A stretch of 36,508 nucleotides of DNA. Origin: Candidatus Wildermuthbacteria bacterium GWA2_46_15 (lineage in GTDB: Bacteria > Patescibacteriota > Minisyncoccia > Minisyncoccales > GWA2-46-15). The first letter of the stretch is position 1. Each line of letters starts with the position of its first letter. The position numbers were made by a program, and so were the translations under genes. The notes beneath the pieces were generated by a model. The model worked only from the letters and a program-made list of their open reading frames with translations. It searched no databases and was not told the origin of the DNA. The stretch spans positions 1 through 36,508 of the forward strand of contig MHTO01000004.1 of assembly GCA_001823105.1 (NCBI GenBank), given 5' to 3'. Positions 8,870-16,166 of the stretch are shown in pieces.

Positions 8870-9457
8870 TTACCGTCCTAGCCCTATTAGGCAATCACCC
8901 TCGCCGTCAGTATTTGGGCTATACCTGGATATACCCAGCACAACCGCGGATTTAGTTTCAACCGCCAGTTTCTTCAGCTCGCCGCATATAGTTGCGCCGC
9001 CTTTACCGGCAGGATAGGCGCGCAACAGGTCCCCGTTGTCTATTACCACCAATCCTGGTTTATACTTAATGACGAATTTACGAACCGCTTTAAAGAACTG
9101 CGTAAAGCCAGAAGGCACTATATCGCCGATGTAAAGAGGCGCTTCGGAGAAATCATCCACAGCCTTGATAACCCTGCCCCCTTGGACCAGTGAAAGTCTT
9201 GTTTTTTTACCATCAGCCAGCCTTGTCCTGCCGTATACTTCGACCAACCTGACACCGTCCTCTACCATGGGTTTACGAAGCGGGATGTAAACAGCCGCCT
9301 TGCCGCCCACAACCGCGGCGTCGGCCAGGATTTTCGTGGCCAGGCTTGTCGTATCTGATACGTAGTAGCCGCAAATAACCCAAAGCTTTCCCGGCTTAAA
9401 TTCAGACACTATCCCAACCTCACTCTTCCGTTTTACTGCGCTTTTTTTAATTTTCAT
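8870..9457 (-). CDS. Degenerate DnaB C-terminal (RecA-fold)-like protein, Walker A lost
   Basis: Paralogue of the upstream gene (PGKLWVI, APLYIGDI, LVVIDN, ATICGELKKLA). The Walker A position reads GYYVSDTT. RBS AGGAG. Confidence 0.7.
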   Translation of the reverse strand: MKIKKSAVKRKSEVGIVSEFKPGKLWVICGYYVSDTTSLATKILADAAVVGGKAAVYIPLRKPMVEDGVRLVEVYGRTRLADGKKTRLSLVQGGRVIKAVDDFSEAPLYIGDIVPSGFTQFFKAVRKFVIKYKPGLVVIDNGDLLRAYPAGKGGATICGELKKLAVETKSAVVLGISRYSPNTDGEGDCLIGLGR

Positions 9458-9517
9458 TAATTTTCTCCTATAAAACTACTAAAGAACCCGGCCGCATGAT
9501 GACATAGGCGGCACTGA

Positions 9518-10099
9518 TCAGTTCTGCTTTCCTTTCCGGCAGACGTCTTCCAGTTCAATTACGGCGTCAGCTTGACCGTCCGTCTCCTTGTTATAGCGCG
9601 GGGTGACCATAACTACCGCGGCCTTGATGTCTTTTGCCAGCTTCCGAAGTTCCCCGCATAAGGTTGCCCCGGCCTTGCCGGTGGTCCCCAAGCGCTGCGA
9701 GATTGCGTTGTCTATAACGACAAGCCTAATTTCTTTCCGGGCAAATTTCCGAACCTCCTTAATTAGTTCCGGCAACCCGCTCGGTTCAATATCGCTAAGG
9801 TAAACTGGTGCGCCAGACAGGGCCTTCGCCGCCGCCGCCAGCCGCTCACAGGCAACTTTAGCAGCCTTGGCTGTCCAGGCAGACTGCAGGGGGATACCAC
9901 TGTGAACGTTAGCCATAATAGAAGCGCAGTTCTTGGTGTCTTTATCCAGCGGCATGTACAGCGCGCCCTTGTTTTCGTCAACGGCACAGCCCGCCACCAG
10001 CCCCATGGCGAACCGCGTCTTGCCGGAGCCATTAGGCCCAATTACCACCCAGAGTTTCCCCGGCGGAAAAAGCTTGGTTATCTTTTCTTGTTTTTTCAT
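9518..10099 (-). CDS. Truncated DnaB helicase C-terminal-like ATPase
   Basis: PGKLWVVIGPNGSGKTRFA (Walker A), ERLAAAAKALSGAPVYLSD, RLVVIDN, ELRKLAKDIKAAVVMVT and GQADAVIEL are colinear with the DnaB C-terminal domain. Start set at ATG 10099 (RBS GGAG). Confidence 0.75.
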   Translation of the reverse strand: MKKQEKITKLFPPGKLWVVIGPNGSGKTRFAMGLVAGCAVDENKGALYMPLDKDTKNCASIMANVHSGIPLQSAWTAKAAKVACERLAAAAKALSGAPVYLSDIEPSGLPELIKEVRKFARKEIRLVVIDNAISQRLGTTGKAGATLCGELRKLAKDIKAAVVMVTPRYNKETDGQADAVIELEDVCRKGKQN

Positions 10100-10185
10100 C
10101 GTTTTCTCCATTGACCGACCCATGACCCACGGAACGCCAAAGGCCGGATATCTCCTTCCAGCCTCCAAAACCGGCCCATAAATAC

Positions 10186-10223
10186 ATATTAACAGGCTCA
10201 TCAGTCAACGTTGTGTCCGATTG
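10186..10223 (-). promoter_or_regulatory. Putative WYL-regulator site plus -10 box (copy 3), upstream of the DnaB-like operon
   Basis: Minus strand reads CAATCG-GACACAACGTTGAC-tgatgagcctgt-TAATAT. The first 12 nt (CAATCGGACACA) are identical to copy 2, with the same 12-nt spacer. Confidence 0.7.
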
Positions 10224-10265
10224 TTTTTTGTCTGTAAAATACCACAACAGTCCCACCTATCCTCT

Positions 10266-10271
10266 TATAAT
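10266..10271 (+). promoter_or_regulatory. Candidate -10 box for the WYL gene
   Basis: Perfect TATAAT 36 nt upstream of ATG 10308. No convincing -35 box. Confidence 0.4.
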
Positions 10272-10307
10272 GTAAAATTGTCTTTCAACGTTTTAGCCGG
10301 GGGTATC

Positions 10308-11291
10308 ATGAAGCCTAAAAAGAGAAAAGTAATAATTTACGTCGGCACTGGCGCCAAGGACCGGCGCTTTGACACCTTTAAGAGAAGGATCATTTATATT
10401 TTTTCGCGCCTGGCGCAGAGGGGCTTTATTACCACAAAGGAACTTGCCGAAAAATTCGAGATGACACCGCGCAACGCCCTGCGCGACCTGTATCCACTGA
10501 GGGAGGAAGGCATCTTAAAGGAAAACATTACCCGCAGCGGCAGGTGGGAATTCGACACGGCGTCCAATTCCTTCATAAAGATGGTGGTTACGGATAATGA
10601 CTCTTCTACCCTGACTTTCCTCTACAATTTCGCCAAGGTTTTTGGCGGCGACATAAACGAGAAGGTGCTCAGCGTGCTGGATAAGGGTTTCCTCAGGGAG
10701 GACCGGGAATACCCGTTCTTTATGATAACCCAGAAGGTAAAGAACCCCGCAGCCAAAATGCCCTGCCACCAGGAGCTTTACGACGCCATACTAAAGCATC
10801 ATAAAATAAATCTTACCTACAGGAAGGCTACAGGGCAGCAGGCGACGGTAAAGGTTTCGCCTTTCTCCATGATAATGTGCGACGGCCTCTGGTACCTGGG
10901 CTATCTCCCTGACGGCAAGGAGAAGGAACTGCGGACAGTGCGCAGCAGCCACATAATTTCGGTGGAGCCTTTGCCGGACGAGGTTTTTGAGCGCCCGGAA
11001 TGGGCCCACAAGGCAATGAAGGAAGCCAAGAACATCTGGTTTGGCCCAGCCAAGACAAAATTCCGGCTAAAAGTCCAAAACACCATTAAGGACTACTTCG
11101 AGATGTCGGAATTCTTCCCCGAGCAGAAAATAAAGGACGAAGGCCCTGAGTATTTTACCATCGAGGCGCGCTACTCGCACTACAACGAGGTGGTGCCCAA
11201 CATCCTGCGCTTCCTGCCAGCCATTACCGTGCTGGAGCCGGCTGAACTAAAGGCCGAAGTGGCATGGCGGGTAAACGCGTACAAACCGTAG
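10308..11291 (+). CDS. wHTH-WYL-WCX transcriptional regulator (PafBC/YafY-like)
   Basis: HTH ITTKELAEKFEMTPRNALRDL. WYL domain AILKHHKINLTY...VSPFSMIMCDGLWYLGY...LRTVRSSHIISV. WCX tail ILRFLPAITVLEPAELKAEV. ATG 10308 follows a GGGGG RBS. Confidence 0.92.
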   Translation: MKPKKRKVIIYVGTGAKDRRFDTFKRRIIYIFSRLAQRGFITTKELAEKFEMTPRNALRDLYPLREEGILKENITRSGRWEFDTASNSFIKMVVTDNDSSTLTFLYNFAKVFGGDINEKVLSVLDKGFLREDREYPFFMITQKVKNPAAKMPCHQELYDAILKHHKINLTYRKATGQQATVKVSPFSMIMCDGLWYLGYLPDGKEKELRTVRSSHIISVEPLPDEVFERPEWAHKAMKEAKNIWFGPAKTKFRLKVQNTIKDYFEMSEFFPEQKIKDEGPEYFTIEARYSHYNEVVPNILRFLPAITVLEPAELKAEVAWRVNAYKP

Positions 11292-11392
11292 ATGACCTTT
11301 CCCCGTTGTTCAGACCAGTGCTGAGTTGTTAAATAGCAAATCCTCCAGTTTCAACTAGTCACCAGGAATTAAGCTAGAACACATCGACAGCG

Positions 11393-12982
11393 CTATTGGT
11401 TCCATCCGCCAGTGTCGCTATCTCGCCACCTGTCATAACCGCCTAGACTGCCGGGGCCATTTGGATGCAAGATGTGGTGTTCCTTCGCCGTAAGAGGCGT
11501 TAATTTCTGTGGAAATTTATAACAGTAGTACTCGGCCCAGACAATTTTATCTCGCCAGTACGGTTCTGCATACCAAAGACCAGCCTTTTCGCAATCAGCG
11601 CCAAACTCAATGCGCCATTTAGTGATTGTTTTAGTATCGACGCCTTTCCAAGTTGGGGCAGTGTGCCACTCATAGGCGCGCACCGGAATATCTTCCCATT
11701 CTTTTATCGCGTGCCACTCCGCGGCAGTAGCCGCGTCCTCCCCCCAGGCCTTGCGCCAGTCACACACAATTTTAGCCTGCGTGCCAGCCCAATGCGGTAC
11801 TTTATGCCAGATTTCCGTGGTTGCTGCATCCCGCTTAAAGTACTTGCTCCATGCCTCGGCAATAGAAATCCTGTCTTTCCAGTAATCTAATTTAAACCAG
11901 CAATATGCTGTAATCGGTTTTTGACCAAAATGCTGGTGCCAGGCAATTACGTCTTCGCCACAGACATCTTTCCAAAGCTCGCTTTTGTGCCAAAGGGAGG
12001 AATCCCTGGGATACTTCCGCCAATATTCCTGTTTATGCCATTCTATAGCAGCCTGGCAATTGTTCCCCCAGGATTTTCTCCATAAGATCGTTTCAGCTCC
12101 CAGGTTCTCCCAATAGGAGTCCGAGAACCAGGCTAAATTAGCGGCTGCAATGCTATTCCCTTGGCTAGCGGCAAGTTTGGACCAATGCTTTGCATTCTCA
12201 AGATCTTGCGGCACGCCGTCACCGAGGAAATATCTTTCTCCTAAATATTCCTGGGCTGATCCATCCCCTGAATTAGCGGCTTGGATGATTAGTGAAATAC
12301 CCCTTTCTTTGTCTAATCCGACAGCTTCGCCGGTAAAGGTGAGGAAACCAATCCAAAAGACCCCCGATTTTCCAGCAGCCTTAAAGCAGTTAACTGCTTC
12401 TCGATATTCATTTTGAATTGGCAGTCTGCGTGCCCTGTCTTTCTCGAGCAATTCCTGAGCGTTGATCAAGTGCAGTCGGCCTAACTTGATTAGCGCCGGG
12501 GAATATCTTTTGTCTGCCGCTGCCCTATACCAGCGGCCTGCTTTTGCGAAATCTTTTGGGATATCGGCGCTTCCCTCAAAATAAATATCCCCCAAAATCA
12601 TCATTGCCTCTGGATGACCCTGGTTTGCCGCCTTGAGGTATGACTCTAGAGCTTTCTGCAGGTCTTTTTCAGTCCCGCAGCCTTCTTCATACATTATCCC
12701 CAGATTCTTTTGTCCCTCGCTGTCTCCTTGCTTGGCGGCACGCGCATATAATTCAAACGCTAATTGAAGATTTTGTGGTACGCCCTCTCCGGAATTATAA
12801 ATATCCCCGAGTAAGTTGAGAGCTTTTGGGAAACCCTGTTCAGCAGCACGGTTCAGCCAGTAGATGGCCTGCTTTAGGTCCTTTTGTATGTCATGGCCAT
12901 GACAATAACATTCACCTATATGGTATTGAGCCTCTGGATTACCGCCTTCAGCAGATTGAAAGTATTTGTCTGGGATTGTCAT
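11393..12982 (-). CDS. Sel1-like repeat protein with Trp-rich C-terminal repeats
   Basis: Multiple Sel1 repeats (AQYHIGECYCHG...KQAIYWLNRAAEQG; AQEYLGERYFLGDGVPQD...) followed by a Trp-rich region of about 200 aa. Confidence 0.9.
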   Translation of the reverse strand: MTIPDKYFQSAEGGNPEAQYHIGECYCHGHDIQKDLKQAIYWLNRAAEQGFPKALNLLGDIYNSGEGVPQNLQLAFELYARAAKQGDSEGQKNLGIMYEEGCGTEKDLQKALESYLKAANQGHPEAMMILGDIYFEGSADIPKDFAKAGRWYRAAADKRYSPALIKLGRLHLINAQELLEKDRARRLPIQNEYREAVNCFKAAGKSGVFWIGFLTFTGEAVGLDKERGISLIIQAANSGDGSAQEYLGERYFLGDGVPQDLENAKHWSKLAASQGNSIAAANLAWFSDSYWENLGAETILWRKSWGNNCQAAIEWHKQEYWRKYPRDSSLWHKSELWKDVCGEDVIAWHQHFGQKPITAYCWFKLDYWKDRISIAEAWSKYFKRDAATTEIWHKVPHWAGTQAKIVCDWRKAWGEDAATAAEWHAIKEWEDIPVRAYEWHTAPTWKGVDTKTITKWRIEFGADCEKAGLWYAEPYWRDKIVWAEYYCYKFPQKLTPLTAKEHHILHPNGPGSLGGYDRWRDSDTGGWNQ

Positions 12983-13105
12983 ATATCAGAGCAGTACAAT
13001 TCTATTTTCGAATCACGAATAATCGGCAATTATTTTAGCGTTATGGGCTCCATTCTATCTACCCCCCCGCTAGCAAAACCGCGGCATGGGAAAAAAGTCA
13101 TTTTA

Positions 13106-13249
13106 TTATTTGCTGAGGCATAAAAAATACCGTTTTGATTTAACATGTGCCTCAACAATACTAAATTCACGCGCTCCGATCTTTATATTACCTGTCCATA
13201 AAGAATAGTTGTCTGTCTCATATTTTTCACGCTTCTTTGCAAAGCCCAT
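13106..13249 (-). CDS. Possible 47-aa small protein or gene remnant
   Basis: MGFAKKREKYETDNYSLWTGNIKIGAREFSIVEAHVKSKRYFLCLSK. ATG lies 2 nt after the stop of the HelD-like gene. Below the ORF track cutoff. Confidence 0.3.
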   Translation of the reverse strand: MGFAKKREKYETDNYSLWTGNIKIGAREFSIVEAHVKSKRYFLCLSK

Positions 13250-13251
13250 AT

Positions 13252-16107
13252 TCAGGGGAGCGCAGGTAGTCTGCTATCACCATTCTCATTTAAGACCGCG
13301 AGTGACCTCCTGCACCTTGAGAGGGCAATCCACAGTTGATAAATATTAAACTCTTCAGAATGCCATATGATCACATCTACAAACTCTTGCCCGAAACATT
13401 GTCCTGGCGAAAAGATCTTTTTTTCCTTATTATATAGCTCATCGGTAAAGAGCGGGATTCCAGTTAATCTTTGTAACTCCTCTCCACGAAATGTAATTAT
13501 AGCGGTGTTGTTTGCTTTTTTAATTGTCTCAAGTAAGGTTTCAGGGCTGGCATTTATAATCTTCACTGAGCCCTCTCTGTCCAATTCCACTGGAGTCTGC
13601 GTATGTTTCCCAGGGTTCTCAATTTTAACGCCCATTTTGTTGTGTTTAATAAAGGCAGCGGCAAAGTCAAACACGGGCGCAGACCACCGCATAACATGCG
13701 ACAGTTTGCCGCCAACAAAACCTTTACTGAATAACTGTTTATCGATGAGTCTTCCGTGAGCATAATCTACCAGCTGCGCTCTCACCGACTCATTCTCACG
13801 CGATGGATCCTGGAAAGGATCTCCGGAAACAGAGTACTTTGCAGTTTTATCGGCGAATCTCTTTACAAATTGAAGCTGCTTGTCCGTTGTTATCTGAAAC
13901 TCATCAATAGCGATATGAGACATTTGATTTAGTGGGATAGACTGGCTCAACACAAAGGCTGCCCACTTCAAATGCTCTTTTGCCGGCACAACTGAAAATT
14001 TCTTTTCAAAGTGCTGCTCCCACAACTCATCCAGAACAACTTGAAACCTTTCAAATCCACTTTGCGCCCCGTCAAAGGAAACCTTGAATTTACGCAGGAG
14101 CTCTTTCATTACATAATTAGAAAATGCTGCGGAGTGTTTCCTGCGAATTTGCTCCTTGAGCATTAGTTTTAGACCAGCTATTTTTTCGGCAGAGATGCTT
14201 CCACTATATCCCACAAACAAATGTTCAGAAATGGCTAGCGCAGAATCTAACACCTCATCATTGAAAATCGCTGTTCCGTAGGCGCTACGGAAGTGGGACT
14301 GCAGCGCCAACGTGAGCTCCATCGAGGCAGCATTATAAATGGCCTCATACATTATACGGCCATGAAACGCTGGCAGAGTACAGAACTCTGCTAATTCTTC
14401 TTGCGTATTAAAGTTAAATTTATTCTCCGGTATCTGACTCTTAATCTTTGAGGCAGACGCAAGATCGCAGATCGCCTTAGCCGCTGCAGAATCAGCATTA
14501 TTATCTACCAAAACAGCTCCCAGAATTCTTTCGGCTAATATTATTTTCAGGATCCTTTCCGCTGCCTCCGGAGTTTTGTCATGCACTATGTTAGCTGCGA
14601 ACTCACGTAGCTCTGCTATATTATTTTTTTCTTTGAGCACTTCTTTAATAAGTGTTTCTGCCTGGTTTTTAACGTCAATTCGCAGAGAACCTAGGAATTC
14701 CTTAATGGCAAGCTCATCCTGCACGATCTTCTCTGGCAGTTGCCTTAATTCTTTAAAAAAAGCGTCCCAACTGGCGGCTAAGGACTGATCGGCAATTAAA
14801 TCAAAATAAGCGTGATCAATGTCTATGGTCAGCCGAGGGTCACTCTTTTTTAAAACATCCTGCATGAACCCATGAAAGCTGTTAACCTGAATGCCAGAAA
14901 TATTAGAGAAATACTCTGATTTTGTGCTCGTTTTCATGTACTCTAGCAAAGATTTTGTTGGAACCAGCAATAGAACCTTGTGCGGTTTCAGTGAACGAGG
15001 ACGCGAGAAATCACAAATCAGGTCGAGCCTATGGAGGAGGATGCTTGTTTTGCCTGTTCCCGGAGAGCCTTCTATAGCAAAATGCGTTAATGTTTCGCCT
15101 TCGTCAGAAATCCCTTCTCGAAAGGCATTATTTTGATTAACAAGAATCGTTCGGCTGATCGCTTGCAGTCCCCTTTCTTCATTTTTAATTGTCTGGCGCC
15201 GTCCATCTTTTGACAGCGTATAAACAGCAACTATCGCCCATTTGGCGAAAAAGATATCACGAAAGGATTCATGTGCATACCGGTTATTTACCAGATTTTG
15301 ACCTTCCGGAGAATTAAATAGAACAAAGCGAGTAGCCTCTGAGGGAAGAGAAACTTTGCATATTTCTGGGCCATAGTGAGTTGGATATGCTCTGTTTGTT
15401 ATAACAGCGTCCCCCAGCATCTGGGAATAAGGGCCTCCCTGTTCGAATAGATCATAATATGCGTTTCGAATGCTTATGCTATGCTTTGATGGGCCTGTGG
15501 ACGCCAACATCCTATTGTTTGAGGCGATTCCTTCTTTCAATACGATCCTAGAATATTCGAGTGGTTCCTGAGGCGTGGCGCTAAGTTTTTCCTTTAGGTC
15601 GTTCCACTTATCCTGCAACTTCCCTTCAAAAAGGCTCAAGTTCTTAGCGGATATTGGACCATTACTCGTGTATCCCTCTGTTATTCGGTCTCTCAATCTC
15701 AAATAATGATCAGCCTCGTCCATGAGGGCATCTGGCAGTTCAGTGTGGATGTAGCTGCTATTAGGAGTATTTTTGGCAAGCCCTTTTGCAGCAGCAACTA
15801 ATCCTGGGAATTCCCGCGTTAGTTTTGAATCTTCCCATAGGTCAGCCGGCCAAGTCAGCGAGTTCCTAACAGAGAACCCGTCCACCTCAACTCCCAACTG
15901 GAGCGCAGGTGATTCTTGGTAAATCGGCAATAACGCAGCTCGGTCATAAAAGATGAATGGGCTACAAGCCTCATTCCTACCAGAACGGAAATAGATATAA
16001 CGAATTTTGTCAGTATCTGTAATAAGCACCGATGCAATTAGTCTCGAGCGTTCAAAGAATTGAACTAATTGAGTTTTCATTTGTATATGCCTTAATGGTC
16101 TACTCAC
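13252..16107 (-). CDS. Divergent HelD-like superfamily 1 ATPase/helicase
   Basis: LQAISRTILVNQN...IEGSPGTGKTSILLHRL, HIAIDEFQ, SGDPFQ, GQEFVDVII, LWIALSRCRRSL. Long helical insertion between motifs Ia and II, as in HelD. Start uncertain (GTG 16107 or ATG 16080). Confidence 0.7.
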   Translation of the reverse strand: MSRPLRHIQMKTQLVQFFERSRLIASVLITDTDKIRYIYFRSGRNEACSPFIFYDRAALLPIYQESPALQLGVEVDGFSVRNSLTWPADLWEDSKLTREFPGLVAAAKGLAKNTPNSSYIHTELPDALMDEADHYLRLRDRITEGYTSNGPISAKNLSLFEGKLQDKWNDLKEKLSATPQEPLEYSRIVLKEGIASNNRMLASTGPSKHSISIRNAYYDLFEQGGPYSQMLGDAVITNRAYPTHYGPEICKVSLPSEATRFVLFNSPEGQNLVNNRYAHESFRDIFFAKWAIVAVYTLSKDGRRQTIKNEERGLQAISRTILVNQNNAFREGISDEGETLTHFAIEGSPGTGKTSILLHRLDLICDFSRPRSLKPHKVLLLVPTKSLLEYMKTSTKSEYFSNISGIQVNSFHGFMQDVLKKSDPRLTIDIDHAYFDLIADQSLAASWDAFFKELRQLPEKIVQDELAIKEFLGSLRIDVKNQAETLIKEVLKEKNNIAELREFAANIVHDKTPEAAERILKIILAERILGAVLVDNNADSAAAKAICDLASASKIKSQIPENKFNFNTQEELAEFCTLPAFHGRIMYEAIYNAASMELTLALQSHFRSAYGTAIFNDEVLDSALAISEHLFVGYSGSISAEKIAGLKLMLKEQIRRKHSAAFSNYVMKELLRKFKVSFDGAQSGFERFQVVLDELWEQHFEKKFSVVPAKEHLKWAAFVLSQSIPLNQMSHIAIDEFQITTDKQLQFVKRFADKTAKYSVSGDPFQDPSRENESVRAQLVDYAHGRLIDKQLFSKGFVGGKLSHVMRWSAPVFDFAAAFIKHNKMGVKIENPGKHTQTPVELDREGSVKIINASPETLLETIKKANNTAIITFRGEELQRLTGIPLFTDELYNKEKKIFSPGQCFGQEFVDVIIWHSEEFNIYQLWIALSRCRRSLAVLNENGDSRLPALP

Positions 16108-16166
16108 ACAGCAGCGCGCGATTTTAATATTATCTATTATCCAGACAGAACTTTAAATTCTTTGCT

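Noticed and set aside
8870..10099. Calling these genes functional dnaB or a prophage replication module
   Set aside because: Too short, catalytic motifs are altered, and no primase, integrase or structural phage genes are present.
10239..10271. Fourth motif copy before the WYL gene's own TATAAT
   Set aside because: Best alignment matches only about 6 of 14 positions and has a 13-nt spacer.
10100..10307. Extended starts at 10201 (minus) and 10221 (plus)
   Set aside because: They run through the divergent promoter region. ATG 10099 and ATG 10308 have RBSs and fit the domain boundaries.
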